NCBI RefSeq assembly: GCF_004010195.1
Contig: NC_057718.1
Span: forward strand, 66,349,351 to 66,413,350
Direction: 5' to 3'
DNA: 64,000 bases
Origin: Chiloscyllium plagiosum
Taxonomy: Eukaryota
Shown: positions 12,607 through 26,186 of the stretch, one piece after another
Layout of the letters: each line of letters opens with the position of its first letter
Numbering within the stretch: the stretch's first letter is position 1
Position numbers and translations under genes: made by a program
Notes under the pieces: model-generated
Told to the model about the DNA's origin: nothing
The model's database searches: none
What the model saw: only the letters and a program-made list of their open reading frames with translations

Positions 12607-14409
12607 AGTTTGTAGGTTCTGAGACAAAGATGTGGGATTGAAAACTCTAGAAATATGTAAGATACAGTTGGAGGCTGCACTGAGAGGAACTCAATGTTCT
12701 TGTTGGATGGTTCAAATGCCCTTCCTCAACTGTAACCAACTATTAAGCTTTTCTCGTCAAGTCTTGGAAAAATTAGTCTGGCCTGATACCTCCAACATGG
12801 GGTCCAAACAAGTTTTTAAAAATTCAACTTATTTTCATGAATATTAAGCACCAGACCCTTTCTAGAATCATGACACACAGCAATTAACGTTTGCAGAATA
12901 ATTATAAATGTGATTGTCTATATTTGCATGATAAACCTCCATCTCTCTGACAAGTCTGCCTCTTTGAATATTTTCCAATCCATATATCAGACAGCATGGT
13001 TATGGGTTTCATAACTAGAGTGGCTGCTGACTCATGAGACTGTTGGGAGTTCTGTCCTGGTGGTCATTAACCGCTGTTCCTCAAGCGACATGTGGTATCA
13101 GTTATCATTCTTTGGTGTTTTGCTAACGATCTTGTTGCATCATGGCATTAAACAAGGTTGTGCCTCAAAATGTTAAGCATATGCTGTATATTGTATAACT
13201 TAAGGTAGAGATCCAGAAGACTAAAAACTTATTTAAAAATGACATTGTCTAATCTAAACAGCAATGGTTCAATAAATCCCTTGGGTATATGCAAAGAAAA
13301 AACATGATCTATGCTCCCTCTGACTTATGGAAAACTAGTGGGGAAATGCACATAATGGAATGGAAAGTCTCAGGAGTTGTGAAGAATGATGGGTGGAGTA
13401 TCTTGATTGGATGAGAGTTCAAAATTAAGTATCTTAATAGTAGGATAAAATTTAACAGTTAAATTCCCTTACCTTGAAAAGTGAGGCAGTCTTCTCCATT
13501 GCATGTTGAGAAGGTTTTAATGTGATTCATTTGCATCTCGTTAAACGGACGTCATAGGACTGAAGTGCTCTGTCCCAGTTACATCCTAACAACAACAAAT
13601 CCATGCATTTAGATATCTTGTTGCATATAAAGGACACGTATCTGGTGGATTTAACTTCTTCCAGGAGTTAGGAGAAACTTTTTGTTCTGATGTCCACTGT
13701 AATGAGATGACTTTAAATTGGGGTTAGAATGCATTGTGCTCTGAGGTCTCCAAGTTGAGTGAAAGTGGCAAAGGGGAGATGGGTCAGTGAGACAAGGGTG
13801 AAGTACTGCACATCTGGGGGTGCAAGTGTAGCTATTCTGATGTGTGCTGCACTTCATTTGAGGTGATGACTGGAAGGGTGTGTCAGTGAGCTGGGTGTTC
13901 AAGGTGTGGTAAGTTAATGCCTTGTTTGGGGGGTGCGGGTTGGTGTGGGAGTGGGGTTCTCGGGTATTACGCAGCAGTGGAAATATGATAGAAATGGTAG
14001 TTAGTAAGTAGGATGAGGTAGGTTGAGAGTTGAAGATCACAGAAGAGGATTGTAAAGTCTTGTGGGGAGGTCATGGAAAATGAGATGCAGGTGACTTCAA
14101 GTGGGAGGGAAGAGAGACTGGGCTCAGTTAAAATAAGAAATGCAATGTACACGTCGATGGGATCCATGGAAACTGGGGAGGTTCAAGAACGAGAATGGTG
14201 ACAGGAATGATGACCGCATGTGTGAAAAAGTGGTGAAAACATGATGTCTGAGAGAATAAAAATGTATTCAATCTTTAGGTGAAGCTGAATTGAACTATAT
14301 TATGTTATTATACTAAAGTGAGGGGAATTTTCTTTGGGTAGGCAGAGTTGAAGCTAACAATTTTTGGTTGTCTATGGGAGGTGATAATGCTTCATTCCAA
14401 AAAGCTCAG

Positions 14410-14885
14410 GAATTTGAGGTTCCCTTTGGATGCAGAGAGCCAGGCAGACAGGACAGCAGGCTTTGCTGCAAATGTGACTTTCTCATAGGTAACAGGTGAG
14501 AGAGATTGCACCTACACTATTATCAGATCACCTTGGCAACTGCTAGCTCTGTATTAATAGCAATGAGTTCCATTCCCTTTAATGTGCAGCTAATGTATGA
14601 CCACAAGGCAAATACTTCAGGTTTGTAGTGCCCAAGTAGTTATCGTGACTTGTGCACTCTGGAGCAGTTATCGCTGGCTGGCTACTCCAGCACAAGAGTT
14701 ACTTCCACACCAATGAGGAATCCTCTGACTGTGACTGAGCAGAGGTACAATATTCCACAAGGGCCATCATTCAGCAGACAATGGGACTGCTCAAAATGGG
14801 ATTCATATGGTTGGGCTGATCAGATGGTACATTGCAGATTATTCCAAAAGAGCCTTATTGTATGTACTGCCCCCCCTGCTTACTC
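14410..14885 (+). mobile_element. PIF/Harbinger DDE transposase fossil
   Basis: manual translation across frameshifts: FPLDAESQADRTAGFAANVTFS*VTGERDCTYTIIRSP / FHS-NVQLMYDHK / PMRNPLTVTEQRYN / AIIQQTMGLLKMGF, colinear with HARBI1-like motifs. Confidence 0.75.
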
Positions 14886-17170
14886 TTTGGGATGTATATT
14901 AAGTGAATAAAATATCATCTTTCTACCTTGCACTAGTAGTCAAGGGTAATTTTTTAAATTATATAATGGTAGCGTTATCTATTTAAAAATGACATTTGCA
15001 CAGATAAATATAGCCTTTGCAATGAATTACTTGCAACTGTGCTTGCACAGCATTTCATACATCTGCAATTTCAGGTGTCTGGATGGATTTATAAGAGTAC
15101 CTCTTTGAAAGCCACATGTTGTCTTAGCTCGGTTTAGTTGCTAACATGCCACGTGTCCCATGTAATTAGCTGAAAATGACCCATTTTTTCACTTTAACAT
15201 TGCATAGTTGTGCATCCTCTGTGTCTATGGCTCAGTTTTACTATTGGATGGAGCAATATTAAATACTTTGCATGCATTGCCCTGAGATAATTAAGTTTTT
15301 CAAGTTTCAGTAGTGTTACCTTTTTCTCATTAGAGACTGTTTCACTTGGCCATGGAGATCCCAGCCTGGAGAAATATCTTCTCTTGCTGCATCTAGCAGA
15401 GCCTTCCCACAGTTTTCTAAGGAAAACTTTGTTCTAACAGGCAAAACATGATTTAAATTGCAACAAGTTTACTTGGTGCAGTTTTCCACTGACTCATACT
15501 GAAGATATGTTTGGAAGGCTTTTGTAGAGAGAATTGTGTAAACACTAGGGATCATTCATATGCATCTTATGTTATGGTGATCGACTGCAAACAGTCATCT
15601 GTGTGTTCCTCTATGGTCTTGCAAACCAAATTAAAATTAGATATATCTGAATATTCTTGTCCTATATGCTGCCAAATGTCTTCAGAGTTCCACTGAGTAA
15701 TTTTTAATTTCAAGGATATGTTCAGTTTTGAGATGAGTTACTATGAGAGGATCAACAGTTGCCTTATTGGTAAGGATATTTTAAAGATGGAAATTCTGGG
15801 TAGCACTTCATTCCTAAATGTCAAAAGCCAGTTTGAAACAATCATATCGGTAAGAACTTGGTTAATCTATTCTGTAGATACTTGCCTTGCAAACAAACCA
15901 TTATCCAAAATGTAAATTCCACTTTGTCTGTTTGTATTGCTGTACAAGATTGCAGTTCTGCTAGAGCAGAAACACTGAAGTGGATATTTTCCAACTTGTA
16001 CGACATTGGAATTGGTCTCTCATGAATACTGAAAGATAAAATGTCTCTGAACGGGGTTCAGTGCATTTTGTCTGTACCACCTGCCATCTGCACTGGAAAG
16101 TGTTGATTTTAGACTCTGCTTTGTTCCTAGGTTAATGATGCTTAGTTGGAAAAAGGATTGAGAGGCAGAGAATTTTAAATGGTATTGAAATCACTGCTCA
16201 GAATTAGAAAGTTGACCAATATTTCAGTTCTTAATTTCCTTTCTAGTGGTAGTTTTATGTGAGAGTTTCTGAGAACAGTTTTGACTTTGATGCCTTGGTG
16301 TCTAGTTGCGCATGAAGAAAGACCACTTGGATAATGTTGGAAGTCGGTTGACATTGAAACTGTAGTCCAATAAAAGTCTGAGGCAGGGAAGGGGCAGAAA
16401 TTGGAGAGAAGAGTGAAGAAAATGAAATCAGTTGGGTCATGTCATATGAAAGATCAGAATGTTGTCAGAAAATGAATCCAGAGTAGTAATATTGCCTCAT
16501 CTGCTCAGTATTAAAACTCCTAATGACTGATATGAATATTAAGAGTGTATAGTAAAGTTCTTTTCCTGTTACAAACAAACTGAAACCTGCAGCAGAGCTC
16601 AAAGTGATAGAGCAATGCTTCAGTATTATTTGAATTGAGTGCACAGATAAATATTCCCTGACTGGTCTAACTTGACTTTGATTCCCCATGTGGAATTTTG
16701 AAATGGGGAAAAAGTTGATTGAGATTTGAATATTCCTAAACTTATATTTGTTAATTACATTTTCATGTAATATTTAAGCAAGGTCTGTCATCTGGCTTTG
16801 TGTTACAGATCTTCAAACACTAACCCTGCCAAGAGGGTAAGCCAATAGCCACCTAGGCTTTTGCCATCTCCCTGTCAATTTGGTGACATTAAATCTTGCT
16901 TTATTTTCTCTTGTTTTCTTGGACAGAGGTTCGGCCTAAGAGTCATGTCTCCTCAGAGTGATGTAGCTGTGATCAGGAATATGGGGAATCAAGGATCCAG
17001 ACCCGAACAGAGTTTTGTGCCATAATAATGCATGATTCTTAAAAACACCATTTAAAAATGTAAACAAGGGATGTCAAGACAAAAGTCCTCAGTTATGAAA
17101 TATAATTAGAGTTGTGGAGGAGTTAGTTGAGCACTAATGTATTTTTGTCATTTAATTGTCAGACATTTTG

Positions 17171-17270
17171 TTCTGATGAAGTGTTATGCTTGAAACTTAA
17201 ACAGTTTTAATCTTCAGTGATGCTTATCTTGCTGAGTATTTTGGAATGTTCCCTTCTGTTTTAGTTCAGG
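17171..17270 (+). mobile_element. degenerate Penelope-like terminal fragment with a hammerhead-like remnant
   Basis: ctgatgaagtgttatgcttgaaac followed by gatgcttatcttgctgagtatttt, resembling the family 1 terminus. Confidence 0.4.
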
Positions 17271-17369
17271 CACAGGTGATTTAAGTATCTCCCCATCTTA
17301 TTATATTTGGATTTTGTAGGATCTTAATATACCAAGAAGGCTCAAGGTTCACTTAGATGATTGCCAGTG

Positions 17370-17790
17370 TGCAGGGATTGTCTTATGAGCCAAGGATAAA
17401 CAGGTTGGGATTCTGCTCACTGGAGTTCAGAAGAATGCGATATGATCTCATTGAAACATAGTGTTCTTAAGAAGCTTGATAGGGTATGTTTTGAGGGGAT
17501 ATTTCCCTCACAGTAGAGTCTCGGACCAGAGGACACAATTTTAGAATTAAGGGATGTCAATTTAAGGCTGAGATGCAGAGGCCTTTTTCCCAAGAGTTGA
17601 GAGTTTTTAGAAATCTTTGGCACAGAGCTGTGGGGGCAGATACTTTGTGCATATTTAAGGCTGTAAGAGATCAATGATCAGGAGAATCCAGGGTTATGGG
17701 GAGAGCACAAAGTGAATGTGAGGAGTGTCTGACGAGTCACATTCTAATTGAATACTGGAGCAGGCCCAAGGGACCGAAATGGATTACTCC
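17370..17790 (+). mobile_element. CR1 3' fragment
   Basis: GLSYE..INRLGFCSLEFRRMRYDLIET motif and CR1 3'UTR. Confidence 0.8.
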
Positions 17791-18134
17791 AGTTGTGCAT
17801 CTCAAAATTCGTATCTTATATTTGGCTGGCCAGGATCCCATGCTCCCTAGCCCCCACCTTGTCCCAATTTGCCCATCAACACATTGTTCACCAAACAAAC
17901 CATGCTACAGTCCCTCATCTCGCATGCATTCTCCGAGCCACGGAGCAAGAAGCCATGTGCTCCTGGACTATGCTGCCTCTGTAGCATTCCTTAGCAGACA
18001 GGAAGCCAAATCTATAAATCAGGCTGGCATCCCTGTAGGGTACTTGTCAATACAATACTTGTCAAGGTACATGAATGAGATTCCAAGAAAACAAATTACT
18101 CCATCTATAAAATAAGTGGCATCAATAAATTTAA

Positions 18135-18515
18135 GTCTAAAAGCCTTTAATTAGTCAGTGGATTGAGTATAGGAATTAGGAATTCATGTGGCAGCTACAC
18201 AGCATTGGTTTGACCACTTTTGGAATATTGCATTCAGTTCTGGTCTCTCTGTTATCGGAAGGATGTTGTGAAACTTTAAAGGGTTCAGAAACATTTATAA
18301 GAATATTGTCAGGCGTTGGAGGGTTTGAGCTGTGGGGAGAGGCTGAATAGGCTGGCGCTATTTTTCCTGGAGCATTGGAGGCTGAGGAGTGACCTTTTCA
18401 GAGTTTTATAAAATCATGAGGGGCAATGCTGGCAAATGGGACTAGATTAATTTAGGATATCTAGTTGGCATGGACGAGGTGAACCGAAGGGTCTACTTCC
18501 ATACTGTACAGCTCT
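18135..18515 (+). mobile_element. HER1-like CR1 fragment with an internal deletion
   Basis: LEYCIQFWSLCYRKDVVKL, LNRLALFFLEHWRLRSDL, then a jump to the 3'UTR tail. Confidence 0.85.
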
Positions 18516-19082
18516 AAAAGCCACTAAATATAATTATATTAATACAGATATTGACATAAAACTGACAGACTACATAACATATAACTACAAACAGGTTAAA
18601 CAGGTGCAAAGGTTAAAATAAATATAAAGGTTGTAACACAAAGATTTCCTAATCTTTCTTTTGTGAATGAATTCTGAAATATAAAGAGAATGGCAGTAAA
18701 GTGAAATGTTTAATTTAACTTCTGTATAAAATAATTCCAAATCGGTACAAAGGGCTGATTGATGAGTCATTCTTTCAAGTTAGTTAACAATCTAATAAAT
18801 ACAGGCCTAGCAGATCATCGTAATCCTGGTGAAGGCAAATCTGCTCCATATGAGAACTTTAGGACACCTCTTGTGCTCTGTAAAATCTGAATTAAATTTT
18901 CTTTTCTACTCGAATTCATTGTGGTTATGTTGTTTGATTATTAATGAAAATCTCTCTCAAATGAATAATTAACAAATAAAAGGGAAATTGCATAATAAGG
19001 CTGATTTTGCTTTAAATATGTTTAAAAACAATGTCTGTGCATTTATGGTAATCACAGACACAGGCATCAGAATCTGCCACTT

Positions 19083-21312
19083 GTGAATTGAATTGAATTT
19101 ATTGTCACATGTACCGAGGCACAGTGAAAAGCTTTGTCTTGTGAGCAATACAGGCAGTTCCCGCAGATGAGTAAATAATAGGTAAACAGCAGCAAAAACA
19201 AAATCACAGTTACAGGTGAATTGTGAGTCCATACAGTATTCTAACAACAGTAGGGTAAAAACTGTTACAAAACCAGCTGGTGCGTATTCAGTCTCCTGTA
19301 CCTTCTCCCTGATGGTAGAGGTTGTAGAAAAACATTGCCAGAGTAGGTTGGATCTTTGAGAATGCTGGCAGTCTTTCCTTGACAGCGGGCGTGGTAGATG
19401 GTTTCTATAGATGGGAGGTTAGCCTTTGTGATTGTCCGGGCCGGGTTCACCACTCTCTGTAACCGTCTCCGAACTTGAACGATACAGTTGCCATGTCAGG
19501 TAGTGGTACATCCAGACAGAATGTTCTCAATGACGCACCTATAAAAGTTGGCAAGAGTATTTGCCATCATGCCAAATTTCCTCAGCTGTCTGAGGAAGAA
19601 GAGATGTTGTTGGGCCTTTGTAACCAGTGCATCCACGTGAAGAATCCAAGAAAGCTTTTTATGGATGACCACCCTCAGGAGCTTGACACTCTCCACTCGT
19701 TGCACCCCTGTGCTGTTAATGTGTAGGGAGGCATGAGTAACATCCAGCCGAAAGTCAATAATAAGTTCCTTGGTTTTGCCAGCATTGAGAGCGAGGTTGT
19801 TCTACATGCACCTTTTTTCCAGGTCTTCCACTTCCCAACTGTAGTCTGTTTTATCGCCATCTGAGATTCGACCGACTATGGTGGTGTCATCAGCAAACTT
19901 GTAAATGGCTTTAGTCTGGTATTTGGCGACACAGTCATGGGTATACAGTGAGTACAGTAGGGGGCTGCGTACGCACCTCTGGGAGGCTCCAGTGTTGAGT
20001 GTTAGTGACGATAAAATATTGTCCCCAGTCTTCATTGATTGTGGCCTGTGGGTAAGGAAACTGAGGATCTAGTTGCAGAGAGTGGGGCTTAGTCTGAGAT
20101 CACTAAGTTTAGTAATCAGTCTCAGAGGGATAATAGTGTTGAAGGCTGAACTGTAGTCAATGAGTAGGATTCTTACATAGATGTTCTTGGTGTCAAGATG
20201 TTCTAGGGAGGAGTAAAGGGCAAGTGATATGGCATCTGACGTGGATCTGTTGGTCTGACAGGCAAATTAGAGTGGTCAAGAGTAGTGGGGAGGCTGGGGT
20301 TGATTAATACCATGACTAGCCTTTCAAAGCACTTCATGACCACTGAAGTTAGGGCCACTGGGCGGTAGTCATTGAGACATACTGCATGAACCTTCTTAGG
20401 TACATGCAGTATGTCTTAGGTACCCCTCTTGAAACAAGCAGGGGCAGTGGCCTGCTGCAGGGAGAGGTTGACGATGTCACAGAAAACCTGTGCCAATTGA
20501 TCTGCCCCTGCTCTGAATGCACGGCCTGATACTCCGTCTGGTCCCATCACTTTCCTTGGATTCACACAAAGGAAAACTGATCTGACCTTTGATGCAGTGG
20601 CTGTTGGGGCAGGTTTGTCAGGACTTATCCAAATAGGTGTTACCTCTCTGCTGAAATTCCGCTCAGAGCGAGCATAGAAGGCATTGAGACGATCTGGGAA
20701 GGATATGTCATCGTCTGCTATCTTGCACTGTCTCTTTTTAGAACCTGTGATGTCATTTAGTCTTTGTTATTAGTTGCTGGGTGTCTGTCTGGGTCTCTAG
20801 TTTGGATTAGTATTAGTCCTTGTCTGTCTTAATGGCTCTGCGATGGTCATACTTGGGTTCCTTATATTTGAGTGGGTCTCCTGATCTGAAGGCCTTATGC
20901 CTGGTTTTTAGCAGGTTCTGTGCGTCTTGATTCATCCAGGCTTTCCTGTTGGGGAACACACGGATTGACTTCCTCGGTATGCAGCCCTCCACACAGTTGC
21001 TGATAAAGTCTGAGACGGTGGTGGTGTATGCGTCACAGGTACCTGCGGACTGTTTTAACATGGCCCAATTAGCCGATTCCACACAATGCCAGAGTTGATC
21101 CTCTGCCTCCGACCTCTGTATCCGCGAAGGGGCCTCCTGCTTGAGCTTTTGCCTGTATTCCAGGAGAAGAAACATGATATTGCAGTTGGAGTTCCCAAAA
21201 TTAGGGTGGGGGATGGAGCGATAGGCGTCCTTCACAGTGATGTTGCAGTGATCTAAAATGTTCGGGCCCCTCGTGGAGCAGATAATGTTCTGGTGGTACT
21301 TGCGCAATGCTT
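19083..21312 (-). mobile_element. Rex1/Babar-type LINE, 5'-truncated within the APE domain (about 2.2 kb)
   Basis: TRGPNILDHC, IRVFPNRKAWMN, LTLNTGASQRCVRSPLLYSLYTHDC..YKFADDTTIVG, QQHLFFLRQLRKF..NFYRCVIENIL; minus-strand 3' end aataaattcaattcaattc. Confidence 0.9.
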
Positions 21313-21384
21313 GTCCAGGAAGTATCAGCTGAAGGTGCTTGTGTTTTGAGCAGCAGGAGTTATTGTTCTTAGCTTGATGTATTA

Positions 21385-24300
21385 TCCACATGATGGTGCA
21401 TCCATTTTTTGACTAGGGAAAAGGTTGCATAACCAGACGTTATGATCCATATTGGCACACAATATTATAGATACAAAGAGTCCTTTAGGCAAAGATGAAG
21501 GAGATAGGAAAGCAAGACCTCAGACTCCACATTTCTCCCAGTGTCCAAGTGTGAATGAATATAAATAGGAGGATAGAGCGGCTGAATGCATGGCTGAAGA
21601 GATGGAGTGATGGCATTAGATTCCTGGAACTGGCTCTAGGAGAGACTGGAGCAGTATAGGCCAGATGAATTGCACTTGTTAGAACTATGACCTTGTGGAT
21701 GAACTTCCTTGTGTTGTTGAAGGAAATATAGGAGGAGGCTGTTCAGTCCTTCAAGTCTGCTGCACTGTTCAATATGATCATGGCTGATCATCTGACTCAG
21801 TACCTTTTTTTTCCCTGTTTCTGCCCATACCCTTTGATCCTTTTTAGCTCCAAGAACTATATCAAAGTCTTCGTTGACAGCATTTAGTGTGTTAGCCTCA
21901 GCTGCTTTCTGTCACGGAGAATTCCACAGGCTCAAGTGAAGTGAGGAAATTTCTCCTTGTCTAATTTGGCAGGAGAATAAAAATCAAACTGTAGTTTATA
22001 AAGGAAAATTAAGACACACAGGATTGGAAGAGACGCACACACTCAGCACGAGAATAAGAAATAATGAAGTAGTAAATGAGAAGAGTGAGGAAATGCAATG
22101 AAATGGATTAGATTTATTGTGCATGTATGTAAATACATAGTCTGTCAAGTAAATTTGGTGAGCTGTCAATGCAGATAATAACATGATACGATATAGGATT
22201 AAAGGAGAACTGGTTCAAAACTGTTTAGGACTGGACCAAGTTATTTCTGGGTATGAGGTGTTCTGGAAAGAAAGGAAGAGTGTTGATTAAGGAGGTAATT
22301 ATAGACTGGAAAGCGGAGTTCTGGAGCAATTAAAGTGCAGAACCCATTTCGTTAGGGGTGAAGAACAATGTATGCATAACTAGATGTGTTCGAACTCTCA
22401 CTAAATGCTGAGAATGAAATAAAGAAGCTAGCTTCTGAGAAAATTAGTGAGATCTGTAAAGTATAGTGTTTTTGTAATATTGGACTTTTTTTTTATCCTA
22501 AGCGTTACCCATATAATGTGGAATAAAATGAGGGACAAGAGATTCGGAAATGAATTCATGAGAAATTTGTGGTTCAATGTTTCTGGCCCAATGAAGGAAG
22601 GAGGCATTGTTGGATCAGGTTGTAGGAAATGAGCGGAGTCAAGGGTCAATTCAGAGAATTAGGATTGTACTGTTTATAAGCTTTTTAAGTTGTATACTGG
22701 TCGGTTTATGACAAGCCAGATAAATACTTAAATCTAATCACTTTTTGTTTTCAGTTCAAAAGAATCTAGGATTGAGAGAATGCGATTCAGAAAACACCAG
22801 TGTTAAGTTCAGAAGCAAGTTTTAGTTCCTCTCCTAGAAGGAACTCAAGACAGTTTAGGGAACTAGTTAATTGAAAAGGGTTTTTTTTTGTTAGTCTTCC
22901 AAGCTGGGAGAGTTGAGTTAGAAATCTGCAAGTTAATAGAACTCATAACTTAAGTTCTCAGATTGATAAAAAGTTCATGTTGGTAGATATGAAAGGAAAA
23001 ATTGAACTGTCTCCAGTAAGGACTCTTAAGTAAAAACTTGAGTTAGAGGCGTAATTTCTCTGGACTTAATTTTCTGTAAGCAGTTGTATCGGGAAATATA
23101 TTGAAATATTTTGTGTTTTGAGATCTTTCCGACCATCTTCAATATTTGGACACCTAGGTTTGTATTTTAAACTTTTTTGTATGATAAACACCTGCTCTGT
23201 TAAAGAAAATCTGCAGCTTTCCGTGATTGTGTCAGTAACATGCCATATCAACTGGCAAAACAAAAAAGCAAACAAATATATTCTGGTTATGGCTTGTCCA
23301 GTAGTACCATCACATGGGATTGTAATAGAAAGATACTGTCAAAAGCATGAAATAGTAAGTACTTGAGATGCTACTTGGGTTAACAATAACTAAAAGGATG
23401 CATTAAAAAGGCTGCTTGTATGCACGTTACTAGGACCAGGTGAGGTGCATTTGAGGATGCTGAAGGAAGCAGAGAAAATTGCAGAGGTTGAGACAATGAT
23501 TTTGCAATCCTGTTGAAATACAAGACTGGTGCCAGAGAATTGGAGCATTACAAATGTTTAAAACTCAGTCATGAAGAAGTTTAAGAATGATAATCTGAGG
23601 CAAAATTAGCAGTCACTTGGACAAATATGAATCAATTAAGAAAGTCTGTAAGAATTTAAGGACAAATCATGTTTAACTAACTTTGAGATTGTTTAACTGT
23701 AAGAAATAAGAACAGGAGTAAGCCATTTGGCTGCCCAAGCCTGTTCCACCATTCAGTAGGCTCATTGATCTGGCATTCCTCGTGTTTACTGTCTGACCTT
23801 TCCCTGTATTCATCTATTTCCCCTAATGATCCAGAATCTATCTCTGTCTTAAAACAAAAAGCAAGAATGTTGTTGCTGAGTAACAGGATTGTTGAGGGTA
23901 ATGTGGTTGACGTGGTGTACATGGACTTTAAGTAAGCCTTTCTTAAAGTGCAGCATTGATTTCACTTTGGCAAGTCTTTTACGGAGCAAAAACACAAGTG
24001 GCAACACAAACGGATAGGTTCGAGATGGAACGCAATCACCCGTAGTGAGTCGTTGATATTCACATTAGGTTAGGTTCTCCATGGGGTCACTATCAGGACC
24101 TCAAGCTTTTCTCTGTATATTAATGCTGAGACTTGAGTGTATTGGGCATGACTTCAAAATTTGTACATGACACGAAAGCTTGGAAATATTACAAATTGTA
24201 AGGAGCATAAGTCATAGAATGGATAATGGAATATGTGAACATGTAGCAGTCAAAGTGGACTGGTTCTCAGGTATGAGAGACTTCAGTTATGAGGATAGAT

Positions 24301-25290
24301 AGGAGTAGCTGGAGTTCTTCTGTTTGGAGGAAATTCAATAGAGGTATTCAAAATTGAGGGTTCTGGTCTTAACTGTTCCCATTAGCTTAAAACATAGGGG
24401 CACAAGTAGCCATTCGAACCCCTTTGAGCCTGCTGCACCATTCAACATAATCATAGCTCATTATGGAGCTCAGTACCCTAAATCCGTCCTCCCCAATATT
24501 CCTTGACCTCTTTAGCTACAAGAGCTATATCTATCTCATCCTCAAAAATAAAGTATTGGTCTCAGCCACTTTTTGTGCTGATGAATTCCACAAATTTACT
24601 GCTGTCTGGGAGGAGAAATTTCTCCTCATCTCAGGCCTACAAAGTTTACCCCTTATCCTTAAATTATAACCCCTATTTGGCAGTAACTCCACAATTGGGA
24701 ACACCCTGCATCTAATATCTCTAGTCCATTAGAATTTAAAGCTTCTTTAAATGAGATCCCACCTCATTCTTTTAAACTCCAGTAAATATAATTCTAATTA
24801 ACTCAATCATTTTGTATGTTTCTCCTGCTGTCCCAGGAATCAATCTGATAAACGTTCACTGCACTCTCTCGATAGCAAGGACATCTTCCTTCAGATAAGG
24901 AGACTAAAACCGCACACGCGAGTCCAAGTATAGCCTCACCAATGCCCTGAATGATTGCAGTAAGACACCTTTATTCCTGTATGCTAATCCTTCACCATGA
25001 AGGCCAGAATAAAGCTTACCTTCTTTACTGTCCACTGTACTGGTACACTTCCTTTCATCGACTAGTTACAAAGGCACCCAGTCTTGTTGAACATTCCCCT
25101 CTTCAATTTACAGCCATTTAAATGATCCTTCATAATTTTGCTAACACATAGATAACCTCAAAATTTGCATGAGTGTGGAGAGTGGCTGTGTAGGATTAGT
25201 AAAGTTGCTTTTGTAAAGAGCTGGCATAGTCGTAGTAGCCTGATTGGCAGCTTTCTGTATTAAAATCATTCACTGGTTCTACGATTCCAT
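21385..25290 (+). mobile_element. heavily decayed long CR1 (ORF1 esterase to 3' tail) with nested antisense CR1 pieces at about 21722-21965, 23700-23860 and 24390-25160
   Basis: PDVMIHIGT, RLNAWLKRW, DELHL (SGNH remnants); VDVVYMDFK*AF; nested minus-strand CR1 tails. Confidence 0.65.
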
Positions 25291-25464
25291 TAAAGATGTT
25301 AAGAAAGCAAGTGTAATTTTTTTGTTGTGAAAGATGGTGTCTTTATTTTGTTTGACTCCAAACTTTGTATGTTAAAAATGGAAAAAAAACTGAACACATT
25401 TTGAGAGAATATGTTTGAATGTATAGTGAGTTTCAATAGCCATTTCCACCATAAAAGTATTAAT

Positions 25465-25640
25465 GTACAAAAGGGGATCTTCAATTTATGAACATCTGAC
25501 TTATGAACATTCATACTTTTGAATGTGATCTCAAATGAGGGTATAGCTTTAATGATGCAATATACGAACATTTCCTGCGTTTAGAAATTGCTGCTTTGTT
25601 GTTCTGCAATGTATTCTGACTTATGTACAAAGCATTTGCA
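25465..25640. mobile_element. possible Tigger/Tc1-mariner MITE remnant
   Basis: tacaaaaggggatcttcaatttatgaacatctgacttatgaac, with a repeated gacttatg motif; no clear right TIR. Confidence 0.35.
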
Positions 25641-26186
25641 TACAGATATAAAAACTGATTCACAGCCTGTAGTAGCAATTGGAAATTGCATGGTAACAAA
25701 TTTATTCAGACTCACGATACCTGATGGATGTGTTTGTTATTTACAGTAATTAAGATTACTGATAAATGCCCTGGCATTCCAGCTTAAATTGCATCTTGTA
25801 ATTGTACAAATGTGAAGTAACAAAGGAGACTTGACTGTCTATAAATATTTGAACTGTGGAATGTCGATTTTTAAAGAATATCTCTTACTGTCTTACACTA
25901 AGTCAAGTCTGGTGCTACTATGTCAAAACCATTTAGAGATTCTTTTATCTATGGGACTTCCAGAAATGTAATCCCATTGAAACTGACTTTCCCAGGTGTT
26001 TATTCTAAGATATTTAAGACTTGTTTTCCTGCATTAATTGATAATTCTGTTTACAACTGCATGCTGGAACTGACTTCAAAATTGGATACATTTTAATACT
26101 ATTTCTGCAAAGTAACAAAAATAATTAGTTACTGTTCATTTTTTGAGATAACTGTTTGCTATTTTCTTCCTTATCCTCAGTGCAAG

